Assembly: GCA_047975195.1 (NCBI GenBank) | Contig: JBKEDB010000013.1 | Span: forward strand, 4,106 to 68,105 | Length of the DNA: 64,000 bases | Source: Cumulibacter sp. | Lineage (GTDB): Bacteria; Actinomycetota; Actinomycetes; Mycobacteriales; Antricoccaceae | Reading direction: 5' to 3' | Part shown: positions 14,546-24,425 of the stretch, piece by piece | Position numbering within the stretch: position 1 is the first letter of the stretch | Layout of the letters: every line of letters begins with the position of its first letter | The notes under the pieces: generated by a model | The model's input: the letters and a program-made list of their open reading frames with translations, nothing else | What the model was told of the DNA's origin: nothing | Databases searched by the model: none | Translations under genes and position numbers: made by a program

Positions 14546-15967
14546 TTAGCCGCTCGCCCGCGCGGACACTGGATCTAGCGCGGGTCCCTCGGGAATCCTG
14601 GCTACGAGCGTTGCGGGCATCGTCACGGGGCTGACTTGATCGAGACCTAACGCGGCCGCGGCCTGCTCTCCGGGCACCGCGAATCGCACGCCCTCATCCG
14701 TCACCAGGTATAGCGCGCCGTCGGTCGCGGTCGGCGATTGCGCAGAACGCACATATACCGCGTGCCCGCCGCGTACCAGCACCTGATCAGCCAGCACGGT
14801 GCCGTTGCTTGTGCGCTGCGGAGTCGCGAGCGCGTACTGATCGTCCTCGGATGACGGGTCGACCGCGACGTCGAGTTCGGCGGAATTGCTGCCGAGCGAT
14901 GCGCACACCGTGGAACTGGCGCTGGAAACCTGCGCGGGCGTGGGGATATCGCGGGGAGCATCGTCAAATGACGACGGCGGCAGATCCTCACGTGGCGCGG
15001 CGGTCACCACGGCGTTGTCGACCTCGAGCGCCGTGGGGCTCTTTCCGTCGTACGCCGCCGAAGTCCCGGGAGCGGACAACGTCACGTTCGCTTCAACCTC
15101 GCTAATGTTGCGCAGATCATCCTTGCGGACCAAGTAGAACTGTTTGGTCGTCGCGTCGACCAGGACTTGCCCGACCTTGTATTGCTTCACCGCTGATGAG
15201 GATTGGCCCGCGGAGGAGGTCGCGAGCGGTTTGATTTCCTGCCCGACCGGCAAACTGTCCAGCAGAGCTGGACCGACCTCGATCTGCGGCGCATCACGCA
15301 ATCCGAGCGCGGTGATCGCAGGGTCAGGGTCCGGGAGTAGGAAACGGTGCCCATGCCACACCAGGTACACCGCGTCGGAGTTCATATCTGCCAGGAGCAG
15401 GCTGCCGTCGCCGATCGAGTTGCCGCCGGGGTCTGATTGACCGACCAGCAGCGTCGTGCGTGGGGTCAGGTCGCCAGTCTCAGTCTTGGTCATACCGCTG
15501 CACATCACCCACGGATCGGCGAGGAAGCTGTCCGGCTGCGGGATCGAATCCGGTGCTCCGGCGATGCCCAGTCGTGGGCCGCGGGGAGCGCCAGCCAGTG
15601 AGGCTTGCGATACCGACACCGGGGTGGGATTGCCCACCAGCAGGGCAGCCGACGCGTAGTTGAGGACCGGGTGTAACGCGAACTCCCGCGTCTGGGGATC
15701 CTCGAGCCACGCGTAGGTCGCGCCGGTCTCCTCCTCGAGGAAGACCTCGCCCGCGTCCTTCCACGTCGTGTTACCGCCGCCGTTGATGACGCCGATGACT
15801 CCGGAGACCGCCACTGCGAGGACGGCGACCATCACGCTGCCGAACATCGCACCGCCCAACCTGCGCAGCGGAGTCTGAGCGGGGTCGGTCTCCCGCAGCA
15901 CGAGCCCGGAGACAACGCGGCGAAGACTGAATTGGTACGACTGGAACAGATCGCGTTTGGTTGCCAC
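14546..15967 (-). CDS. eccB: ESX core component EccB
   Basis: The N-terminus 'TKRDLFQSYQFSLRRVVSGLVLRE' followed by a single TM helix and a large extracytoplasmic domain of about 400 aa is the EccB signature layout. It follows eccD after a 3-nt gap. Confidence 0.9.
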   Translation of the reverse strand: MATKRDLFQSYQFSLRRVVSGLVLRETDPAQTPLRRLGGAMFGSVMVAVLAVAVSGVIGVINGGGNTTWKDAGEVFLEEETGATYAWLEDPQTREFALHPVLNYASAALLVGNPTPVSVSQASLAGAPRGPRLGIAGAPDSIPQPDSFLADPWVMCSGMTKTETGDLTPRTTLLVGQSDPGGNSIGDGSLLLADMNSDAVYLVWHGHRFLLPDPDPAITALGLRDAPQIEVGPALLDSLPVGQEIKPLATSSAGQSSSAVKQYKVGQVLVDATTKQFYLVRKDDLRNISEVEANVTLSAPGTSAAYDGKSPTALEVDNAVVTAAPREDLPPSSFDDAPRDIPTPAQVSSASSTVCASLGSNSAELDVAVDPSSEDDQYALATPQRTSNGTVLADQVLVRGGHAVYVRSAQSPTATDGALYLVTDEGVRFAVPGEQAAAALGLDQVSPVTMPATLVARIPEGPALDPVSARASG

Positions 15968-15970
15968 CCC

Positions 15971-17413
15971 TCAGCCCCACAGTCCTCGAACGTACGAGAA
16001 CAGGCCGACCACCAGGCACATGATCGGCACGATCGCCAGCGACGCCAGTATGTCGATGATGTCTGCGATTCGGGCGACGTACGGCGTAGGTTGCCGCGTG
16101 TGGAAGTAACGGCCCACGGCGATCAGCAGCAGTGCTAGTAATGCGAGCGCTGGTATGGCAATTGTCGCCCGCTGTTCGGCGTCCAACTCCGCAATGAGTG
16201 AAAAGGCCATGAGAGCAAGTGATCCTGCACCGCTGACGAGTAACGGAACGCGGTGACGCGCGGTGGGGAACAACCGTGCTCGAAGCAGAACGGTGACCGC
16301 CACGAGGGCGACGAAGATGATCGCCGAGGTACGGCCGGAACCCAGGAGCAGCAGGCTGCTAACGAGCGAGACCGCGGCCGATCCCATCAACAACCCGGTC
16401 AAGATCTCGTCCGAGCGGCGAACGGTGCCGTGCACTCGTTCGATCGGGATCTGCGGTTCGTCGGCCAGCAATTCATCGGTGCTCGTCGGCAGCGCCGGTA
16501 CGGGAAGTTTGCCCAATCGGATCGACAGGATCGGGAACGCGGCGGTGAAGATGGTCACCGTCGTGATGGCGATCGCTGCGGTGTCCGCCGCATCGATGTG
16601 ATCGGCCAGTGCCAGCGAGCAGGCCAGCAGGCCGACGAGCCCGATCCACGCGGTCGCGATGAAGTACTGGATTTGCTGCGCGACCAGCAGGATGGAGAGC
16701 ATTGACGCCACGACCAAACACCCGCTGGCCAGGATGTACTGCCACGCATCGAAATCAGCGAATGCTTGGTCCCCGCCGAGCACGACTAACCCGCCGGCTG
16801 CGGCATACAGTGTGCCCATGCTCGCGCAGGTCACCGCCGACGCGGTATCGCCAGGTTGGGTGCGTGAAAGGCCATAAGCGGCGAATAGCAGTACGACGGC
16901 GATAGCCAACGCAATCAGGCCAGGGCTTCGCCATGAGGGTCCCGACAGCATCAGCCAGAACAGCCCCATGAGCAGGCTCAGCGCGCCAAGTAGAAGTCCG
17001 GTGAGATGGGTGCGAGATCCAGACCATGGGCTCGTCGACTTACGAGTGCCGGTCGCTATCGCGTCCACAACGTCGTCGTAGTCGACTTCCGGCCATTCGG
17101 TGAATCGCCCGACCATGTGAAGGACTTCGCCGTCGCGTACTTGCTGATCTTCCAGCGTGCGGTCGTGATCGATGGGCGTACCGTCGGCGCGGTGCAGAAC
17201 CCAGCCGCCATCTCGCTGAGCGTCGTCTGCCGCGGATTCGCCTGCGGCGGTGATTAACGACAGCATCAACTCCGCGACCGGCACGGACTGCGGGAGCGCG
17301 ATGTCGATTCTGCGTTGCGGTGCAGCTACCGTAATTCGGGCTAGGTCATCTGAAACTGCGCGCGTCACGGGTGACTCCATGAGATGAGGGGTCCTGGCTG
17401 GCGTGGCTACCAT
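15971..17413 (-). CDS. eccD: ESX core membrane component EccD
   Basis: The ubiquitin-like N-domain 'ARITVAAPQRRIDIALPQSVPVAELMLSLI...DGEVLHMV' is followed by about 11 hydrophobic helices. Start chosen at ATG 17413 (GAGAGGGG upstream). Alternatives are 17380, or 17632 as in the track. Confidence 0.85.
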   Translation of the reverse strand: MVATPARTPHLMESPVTRAVSDDLARITVAAPQRRIDIALPQSVPVAELMLSLITAAGESAADDAQRDGGWVLHRADGTPIDHDRTLEDQQVRDGEVLHMVGRFTEWPEVDYDDVVDAIATGTRKSTSPWSGSRTHLTGLLLGALSLLMGLFWLMLSGPSWRSPGLIALAIAVVLLFAAYGLSRTQPGDTASAVTCASMGTLYAAAGGLVVLGGDQAFADFDAWQYILASGCLVVASMLSILLVAQQIQYFIATAWIGLVGLLACSLALADHIDAADTAAIAITTVTIFTAAFPILSIRLGKLPVPALPTSTDELLADEPQIPIERVHGTVRRSDEILTGLLMGSAAVSLVSSLLLLGSGRTSAIIFVALVAVTVLLRARLFPTARHRVPLLVSGAGSLALMAFSLIAELDAEQRATIAIPALALLALLLIAVGRYFHTRQPTPYVARIADIIDILASLAIVPIMCLVVGLFSYVRGLWG

Positions 17414-17433
17414 AATGGCACCCCTCTCGGACC

Positions 17434-20400
17434 GTGGAGCTTTCCGCCCGTCGAAGGAGATACCGCTTGGGAACGTTGATTGTTCGCCGTCAGCCGCGAC
17501 GGGAGGCTCCGGAGCTTCCGACCGGCGAGGTGGTGATCGACCCGCCCCCAGAGATTCCGCGCGACAGCGGGAAAAACTGGTCGCAGATGCTGATGATGCT
17601 GCCGATGCTCGCCGGCGCCGGTGCGATGGCATTGATGTTCAGCAGCCGCGGCGGCGGTGGACCGATGGGGTACGTGTTAGGTGCGTTGTTCGGGCTGTCA
17701 GCGCTCGGCATGATCGGTGTCGGCCTGATGCAGAACACCGGCGGCGGTAGCAAGCGTGAGCGCACTGCGCAGCGGCGCGACTACATGCGTCACCTTGCCT
17801 CGCATCGCAGCAATGTTAAGAAAACGATTACCCAGCAGGCGAAGGCGATGTTCTATCGCCACCCGGAACCCGATCAACTCCTCGTCACGGCGGCGAGTTA
17901 TCGGCTATGGGAACGCCGCCGCGAGGACGCCGACTTCGGCGCCGTGCGGCTTGGACTAGGGCCGCAACAACTCGCGACGCCGCTGATCACGCCGCAGACC
18001 AAACCACTGGATGAACTCGAACCCGTGTGTGCCGCGGCCCTTCGAAAGTTCGTCAACACCTACGCAAATGTGCCAGGGCTGCCAATAGCGATGGCGCTCA
18101 ACGGGTTCAGTCGCGTCTACATCACCGGAGCGGACGAGGACGCACGCGCGATGGTGCGCGCGCTATTGGCGCAAACCGCCGTGCACCATTCGCCGGACGA
18201 CGTGATGATCGCGATGTGTGTGGGGCATGAGGAGCGAGCGAACTGGGAATGGGCGAAGTGGCTGCCGCACGGATTCCATCCCGAGCGTGAGGACGCCGCC
18301 GGCAATCTACGCCTCGTTGCGCCGAACATGCCCTCGATCGAAGCGATGCTGGACGACATCCTGAGCGTGCGGCCTCGCTTCAATCCGGCCGGAGGGCAGG
18401 CGCAGATCGCCGGCCCGCACCTGCTGGTCGTCATCGACGGTGGCAATGTGGCCGGCTCCAGTCACCTCATGGCCGATTCTGGCCTCGAGGGCGTCACCGT
18501 GATCGATCTCTCCACTGCGCCGCCGCGGATGCTGGAGAGTTCCATGCTCGTGCTGAATGTGGACGAGAATCGGACGGTTCGCAGCCGTACCGACGATGTC
18601 GAGTCTAAGCTAGGCATCGCCGACCGGTTGAGCCTCGCCGATGTCGAGGCGCTCGCGCGTTACCTGGCACCTCGTCGGATGTCGATTGGGTCGGTCGGGG
18701 ACAAGGCGATGAGCTCGGCGATGGGCCTAGGTGAGCTGCTTGATCTCGGCGACCCTTACAACTACGACGTCACTCGCGGCTGGAAACCGCGCGCCAACCG
18801 TGATCAGTTGCGAGTGCCGATCGGCATCGGTCCGGACGGTCGACCTGTGGATCTGGATATCAAGGAATCGGCGCAGGACGGGATGGGTCCGCACGGGCTG
18901 CTGATCGGCGCGACCGGTTCGGGAAAGTCCGAACTGCTGCGAACGTTGGTGCTCGCCCTCGCAATCACGCACAGTTCGGAGAATCTGAACTTCGTGCTCG
19001 TGGACTTCAAGGGCGGCGCGACGTTCACCAAGCTGGACCGGCTACCGCATACCTCTGCGGTCATCACGAACCTGTCGGACGAACTGCCGCTGGTTGACCG
19101 AATGGTTGATGCGATCAACGGTGAGCTGCTACGCCGTCAGGAGCTACTACGTACCGCCGGCAAGTTTTCCAGCCTGCGCGATTACGAGAAGGCCAGACTC
19201 GCCGGCGCACCGCTGGATCCCATGCCCAGCCTGCTGATCGTCTGTGACGAGTTCTCTGAGCTGCTGTCGGCCAAACCGGACTTCATCGACATGTTCGTGC
19301 AGATCGGCCGCGTCGGCCGGTCGCTGGGCGTGCACTTGCTGCTCGCGTCCCAGCGGCTGGAGGAAGGGCGCCTTCGAGGCCTGGACACGCATCTGTCTTA
19401 CCGAGTATCGCTACGCACGAACTCGGCGTCCGAGTCGCGAGTCGTCATCGGAGCCCCCGACGCGTTCGAACTTCCGCGTGCCCCGGGACACGGCTATATC
19501 AAGTTCGGCACCGACCCGCTCGATCGCTTTCGCGCCGCGTATGTCTCGGGTATGTACAAGCGAAAGAAGGCCGGCCAGGCTGCCGGCGGAACGCCGAGCG
19601 AGGTAGCGATTCTCGCGTACGACACGCTTTACCACGCACCCAAGGTCGAGACCGAACCGACGACGGACATCGAGGAGAAGCCCGACGATCCGGACGAGGG
19701 CGTCGGTGAGAGCCTGCTCGACATCGTCGTTGACCGGATCGAGGGACGTGGCCCGGAGGCGCACCGGGTGTGGTTGCCGCCGTTGGCCGAGCCTCCCACT
19801 TTGGATCAGCTGCTGCCGGGGCTCTCCACTGACCCGCAGTATGGGTTGACGGTCTCGGGATCCGACCTCCGCGGCACGCTCCGGGCGAACGTCGGAGTGA
19901 TCGACAAACCCTTCGAACAACGTCGCGAAACTCTACAGATCGACCTCACCGGAGCCGGTGGGCACGTCATGGTCGTGGGTGCGCCACAGTCCGGGAAATC
20001 CAACTTCCTGCGCTCGATCGTGTGTGGGCTAGCGCTGACGCACACCCCAGCGGAGGTTCAGTTCTACGGTTTCGATTTCGGCGGCGGCGGACTGGGCGCG
20101 TTGCGCGAACTTCCGCATGTCGGCTCGGTTGCCTCACGGCGCGACACGAACACGGTGCGGCGCACCATGGCCGAGTTGAAGCAATTGCTGGAGATGCGTG
20201 AGGCGCTGTTCGCGCAGTACGGCGTGGAGAATATGGCCGCATATCGACGGGCCAAGGCGCGCGGGGAGTTCGCCCAGGACCCGTACGGCGATGTGTTTCT
20301 GGTCATCGATGGTTGGCAGACCGTGCGCAACGATTTCGAACCGATCGAACCCATCTTGAACGAGATCGGCACCCGGGGCTTGTCGTACGGGATCCACTTG

Positions 20401-21441
20401 GTCGGTTCGGCGTCGCGCTGGATGGACCTGCGATTGGCGCTGCGCGACATGTTCGGCACCAAGTTCGAGTTGCGCCTGGGCGATCCCGGAGATTCAGTGC
20501 TGGGGCGTCGCGTCGCCATGAACGTGCCCGATGACAAGCCAGGCCGCGGGCTCACCGACGACCTGCTACACATGCTGACGGCTATACCGAGAATCGATGG
20601 CGTGCAGGAGGTGGACTCGCTACCGGACGGTGTTGCCGACCTGATCGCGCGCGTGAAGGAAGCCTGGCCGCACCCGGGTGCCCCCAGTGTTCGGCTGCTG
20701 CCGCCTGAGATCGGCTATGCGGCAGTGCCAAGCGATCCAGCCCGCGGTGTGTCGATCGGCTTGTCCGAGACCGACCTCGGACCGGTGTACGTGGACGTCC
20801 TCAACGAACCGCTACTTGTGGTCTACGGCGACAGTGAGTCGGGTAAGTCGAACCTGCTACGGGTGATGGCGTATCGGGTGATGGAGCAGTACTCGCCGGA
20901 CGAGGCCAAGATCATCATCATCGACCCGCGCCGGTCGCTACTTGGCGAAGTTCCGGAGGACTACCTACTCGCGTACGGGACGACGTCCGATCACGCCGGC
21001 AAGATGAGTGAACAATTGTCGCGTTCGCTGACCAGACGATTGCCCGGCAGCGACGTCACGCCAGAGCAATTGCGCAACCGAACCTGGTGGAGCGGCCCGG
21101 AACTTTTCTTCTTCATCGACGACTACGACCTCGCGAGCACCGGGTCACCGCCGCCACTGCAACCACTGGTGGACTTCATGCCGCAAGCGCGTGACATCGG
21201 TCTGCATCTGACTGTCACCCGCCGATCCGGTGGCGCCGGACGGGCGCAGTACGAACAAATGCTGCAGCGCATGAAGGAGTTGGCCGCGCCCGGAATCGTG
21301 ATGTCCGGCACCCGCGACGAGGGTGCGCTGGTGGGCACGGTGCGTCCCGAGGCATTGCCGGCGGGGCGCGGTTATTACGTGACGCGACGTGAGGGAACCC
21401 GCCTCATCCAGATCGCGTGGAAGCCTCCCGCAGACCTGTAA
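17434..21441 (+). CDS. eccC: ESX core FtsK/SpoIIIE-type ATPase EccC (single polypeptide, three ATPase domains)
   Basis: Two N-terminal TM helices. Three Walker A sites: GATGSGKSELL, GAPQSGKSNFL and GDSESGKSNLL. Walker B is LLIVCDEFSEL. An alternative start is TTG 17467, preceded by AAGGAG (17454-17459). Confidence 0.95.
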   Translation: MELSARRRRYRLGTLIVRRQPRREAPELPTGEVVIDPPPEIPRDSGKNWSQMLMMLPMLAGAGAMALMFSSRGGGGPMGYVLGALFGLSALGMIGVGLMQNTGGGSKRERTAQRRDYMRHLASHRSNVKKTITQQAKAMFYRHPEPDQLLVTAASYRLWERRREDADFGAVRLGLGPQQLATPLITPQTKPLDELEPVCAAALRKFVNTYANVPGLPIAMALNGFSRVYITGADEDARAMVRALLAQTAVHHSPDDVMIAMCVGHEERANWEWAKWLPHGFHPEREDAAGNLRLVAPNMPSIEAMLDDILSVRPRFNPAGGQAQIAGPHLLVVIDGGNVAGSSHLMADSGLEGVTVIDLSTAPPRMLESSMLVLNVDENRTVRSRTDDVESKLGIADRLSLADVEALARYLAPRRMSIGSVGDKAMSSAMGLGELLDLGDPYNYDVTRGWKPRANRDQLRVPIGIGPDGRPVDLDIKESAQDGMGPHGLLIGATGSGKSELLRTLVLALAITHSSENLNFVLVDFKGGATFTKLDRLPHTSAVITNLSDELPLVDRMVDAINGELLRRQELLRTAGKFSSLRDYEKARLAGAPLDPMPSLLIVCDEFSELLSAKPDFIDMFVQIGRVGRSLGVHLLLASQRLEEGRLRGLDTHLSYRVSLRTNSASESRVVIGAPDAFELPRAPGHGYIKFGTDPLDRFRAAYVSGMYKRKKAGQAAGGTPSEVAILAYDTLYHAPKVETEPTTDIEEKPDDPDEGVGESLLDIVVDRIEGRGPEAHRVWLPPLAEPPTLDQLLPGLSTDPQYGLTVSGSDLRGTLRANVGVIDKPFEQRRETLQIDLTGAGGHVMVVGAPQSGKSNFLRSIVCGLALTHTPAEVQFYGFDFGGGGLGALRELPHVGSVASRRDTNTVRRTMAELKQLLEMREALFAQYGVENMAAYRRAKARGEFAQDPYGDVFLVIDGWQTVRNDFEPIEPILNEIGTRGLSYGIHLVGSASRWMDLRLALRDMFGTKFELRLGDPGDSVLGRRVAMNVPDDKPGRGLTDDLLHMLTAIPRIDGVQEVDSLPDGVADLIARVKEAWPHPGAPSVRLLPPEIGYAAVPSDPARGVSIGLSETDLGPVYVDVLNEPLLVVYGDSESGKSNLLRVMAYRVMEQYSPDEAKIIIIDPRRSLLGEVPEDYLLAYGTTSDHAGKMSEQLSRSLTRRLPGSDVTPEQLRNRTWWSGPELFFFIDDYDLASTGSPPPLQPLVDFMPQARDIGLHLTVTRRSGGAGRAQYEQMLQRMKELAAPGIVMSGTRDEGALVGTVRPEALPAGRGYYVTRREGTRLIQIAWKPPADL

Positions 21442-21623
21442 TTCCCGTGTCGTGCGGCGACGATGTCGGATCCGCCTGAGGCGGACGGAAACGTCCGGTG
21501 AACTTCTTCGCAAGCACGCCGCCGCCGTCCAGGACGCTCTGTATGTTGGGGAACGGCTCGGCGGGCGGTGACGTCCCACACGCGGTTGCCGACGAATTCA
21601 GATGATGTGGCGAAGGAGTAATT

Positions 21624-22361
21624 GTGGGCGATTTCGACCTGCCCGGTATCAAGGTGGAGTCCCAAGCATTGATGAACTTCGCTCAGGGCGCCTCCGAGGA
21701 TTACCAAACGCATGGCACGACGATCTCCGACAACTTCTCGAAGTTGGGCATGAAGGTTGGACTCAGCGGATTGCCGTCCGCAGCGTTGCTGGCCACCTGG
21801 AACAACAACGTGATGCTCGCGACGTCGAACTTCCTGATGGACGTGAACTACGGACTCCAGGCCGTCACGACGGGCGCGGTCTCTGTCGCGGCGATCTACC
21901 AGGAGAGTGACACCGACGCCGAGGCGCAGATGAACGCCGTGAACTCCGCGTTCTACCCGGTCTCCAGTGATCAGACACTCAGCGCGCAGCGAGCTGAGCA
22001 GCAGGCTGCGGCCGAACAGAACGGTGAGCAGACCGAGCAGGAGATCCTGAACGAGGCGGCCAACACCTCGATCACGGAGTCGTATGTCCCGACCGCCCCG
22101 GTGACGTCCTCGACGAACGCGTGCCGCCCGGCGGATCCGTACAGCGCTCAGGGTGCCGAGTCGCTGGTGGACCAGCACCAGGCCGATGATCAGGACGATC
22201 AGCAGAACGGTGGGCACACCCACTACGACGAGTACGAAGCTCCGGAGGACACTCCGGAGGGCGCCAACGTGCCAGGCGCGCCTGAGGCAGAACAACCTGA
22301 CGAGGTGATTCTTGCGCCGGGGGCGGAGCCATCCGGGCCGGATCCGACGGCAGTAGCGTAA
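21624..22361 (+). CDS. PE-like / ESX secretion-associated protein with a YxxxD motif
   Basis: GTG start after GAAGGAG. The helical N-domain of about 100 aa ends in 'AAIYQESD' (YxxxD, 21897-21911), followed by an acidic, Gln-rich tail. It lies directly downstream of eccC and upstream of the WXG partner. Confidence 0.7.
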   Translation: MGDFDLPGIKVESQALMNFAQGASEDYQTHGTTISDNFSKLGMKVGLSGLPSAALLATWNNNVMLATSNFLMDVNYGLQAVTTGAVSVAAIYQESDTDAEAQMNAVNSAFYPVSSDQTLSAQRAEQQAAAEQNGEQTEQEILNEAANTSITESYVPTAPVTSSTNACRPADPYSAQGAESLVDQHQADDQDDQQNGGHTHYDEYEAPEDTPEGANVPGAPEAEQPDEVILAPGAEPSGPDPTAVA

Positions 22362-22374
22362 GGGGCGATCAACA

Positions 22375-24363
22375 ATGTCCGATAACTTCGGCGCGCCCGA
22401 TCCCGGTGCCGGGGCGTACGAGCCCGGGGTTCCAAGCCAGAGTTACTATCCGTCCTACGGTGATGCGCCCGCGCCGATTCCGGCCAATCAAGACCTGCAG
22501 TACGGCGACATCAACATGCACTACGTGGCGATCACGAAGGAGGAGCCGGACACCATCTGGGACGCGGGTTGGGCCTGGGGCCAGATCGGCACCGCACTGA
22601 CCTCAGGTGCCGACGCGATCCGGCAGCAGGGCATCACGCTGTCTTCGAAATGGGAGGGCGCGGCAAAGGAAGCCTTCCTGATGAAGGTCGGCATGCTCAC
22701 CGCAGTGCTGGATAACTGGGCTGAGAAGGCGAACGCCAACAAGTCTGCGCTGTGTTTCAATCTGTACGGCGAAGTCGTTCGCAAACGTAATGCGATGGTC
22801 ACCTTGTGGCAGGAGTACAAGGAAAGGTCTGACACGCTGCGTTCGGAAGAAAACGCGAATGACAGCATCGGGGAACTCGGCAACGACATTGTCGAAGCTT
22901 TTGGCGGCAAGGATCGCCTGGCGGAGAACCTGGAGCACTATTCGAGGCGCTCGCGGGAAGAAATTCTCACGCCGATGTCGACGGCGTACGACACTGCCTT
23001 CCAGTCCATGAGCACGGGTGCGGTCTACCAGGGCCCCAAGGACGCGCTCGTGAAAGAGTTCACGGCACCGGGAGTCGGCCCCGGCCCAGGTGCGCCGGGC
23101 GCTCCCGCGGCTCCGGGTGCACCTGCCGGAGCCGCGCCGCCCGCGCCCGGGGGGTTGAATCAGCCATTGCCGGGGGCCGTGCCTACGGCTGCGCTGATCG
23201 GCATGTACGGACGCCCGCAGTCGCCCGACGTCGGGCAGATTCGCGACCACATCATGGCGGGTTTCCGCCAGCCGCCGACGAATCCGCTCAACGAACAGGC
23301 CATGCGCGACGTGCAGCAGCACATGCTCGATCATCTGCCTGCACCCGAGGCGCCGGAAGGAATCGCCACTCCCGCGATCGCGCCCCCGCCGGTCGCTCCG
23401 GCCTTACTGCGTCCGACGAGCTCTGCTCCGGCGAACTCCGCGCAAACCGGCCGCGGTGCGGCCCCGACAGCGCCTAATCTTTCCGCCGGCAGCGCCCGGC
23501 CGGCAGCGCCCGGGATGCCCGCGGGCCTCAATGGTCGCGGCGCGGCGCCTGCGGCGCCGGGCATCGGTGGCCCGGGGGCTGGGACCCGACCGCCGACAGC
23601 ACCAGGTCTTGGCGGGCGCGGGAGCGCCAGCCCTGCTGCGCCGCCCTCGCGATCCGGCCTGGGTGCCGGCTCACCCGCCCTTGGTGGGCGCTCCGGGGCG
23701 CCCACCGCACCCGGCGTTGGTGGTCGACCAGGTGCGCCTGGCGTTGGTGGTCGGCCAGGCGCCCCCGGTGCCGGTGGTCGCCCCGCGGCACCTGGTCTCG
23801 GTGGACGGACTGCAGGTGGCCGACCAATCACGCCGCGCACGTCGCCTAACGTGCCGACGTCGCTGCAGGGCCGTCCGACGGCGCCCGGCATCGGCGCGCG
23901 CCCCGGCGCGAGCGGCAAACCCGGCGCGACCGGCAGAGCAGGAATTGGCAGTTCGGCGTCGCCACGGCTCGAGTACGGCACGCCCAAGGGCTCCGGGGCA
24001 TTGGGCGGGCGCTCCACTGCGGTACCGACGTCACGGCAGGCCAACGCCGAAGCGGCGCGTCGCGCGCTGCGTGCGTCGCTGACAGGGCGCCCCAACGACG
24101 TTGCCGGGCATCCGCAGGCCGGCGGAGGCGCGACATCCCAGCGCCAACCCGCGACCCAGCCGCACCAGGCCCGGAGGGCAGACCGTAGTCCGCGGACTCG
24201 CTCGGAGGAGAAGCCGGATGGGCAGGTATCGACGGAACTGGCGTTGGTCGGCGGCACCGAGTTGTTCGAGGCGGACGGTGCCGGTGACGGCGTCATCGCG
24301 GCGCGCACGCCTCACGAGCGCGTGACGCGATCCGGCCCCGCAATCGGCGCCAAGCGAGACTGA
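22375..24363 (+). CDS. PPE/EspB-like WXG-containing protein with a long Pro/Gly/Ala/Arg repeat tail
   Basis: N-domain 'WDAGWAWGQIGTAL...LSSKWEGAAKEAF' (W-E-G). The tail of about 400 aa has many 'GGRxGAPG' repeats. It is paired with the preceding YxxxD protein. Confidence 0.75.
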   Translation: MSDNFGAPDPGAGAYEPGVPSQSYYPSYGDAPAPIPANQDLQYGDINMHYVAITKEEPDTIWDAGWAWGQIGTALTSGADAIRQQGITLSSKWEGAAKEAFLMKVGMLTAVLDNWAEKANANKSALCFNLYGEVVRKRNAMVTLWQEYKERSDTLRSEENANDSIGELGNDIVEAFGGKDRLAENLEHYSRRSREEILTPMSTAYDTAFQSMSTGAVYQGPKDALVKEFTAPGVGPGPGAPGAPAAPGAPAGAAPPAPGGLNQPLPGAVPTAALIGMYGRPQSPDVGQIRDHIMAGFRQPPTNPLNEQAMRDVQQHMLDHLPAPEAPEGIATPAIAPPPVAPALLRPTSSAPANSAQTGRGAAPTAPNLSAGSARPAAPGMPAGLNGRGAAPAAPGIGGPGAGTRPPTAPGLGGRGSASPAAPPSRSGLGAGSPALGGRSGAPTAPGVGGRPGAPGVGGRPGAPGAGGRPAAPGLGGRTAGGRPITPRTSPNVPTSLQGRPTAPGIGARPGASGKPGATGRAGIGSSASPRLEYGTPKGSGALGGRSTAVPTSRQANAEAARRALRASLTGRPNDVAGHPQAGGGATSQRQPATQPHQARRADRSPRTRSEEKPDGQVSTELALVGGTELFEADGAGDGVIAARTPHERVTRSGPAIGAKRD

Positions 24364-24425
24364 TTGAGGTCAGAGCGCGGACGATGTCTCGTTAGGATAG
24401 TGGCGTCCATCGCAAAGGATTTCAC

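Noticed and set aside
21375-24308. Minus-strand ORFs 21375-22295 and 23331-24308
   Set aside because: They are antisense to the PE/PPE-like genes. The Pro/Gly/Arg repeats keep the opposite strand open.
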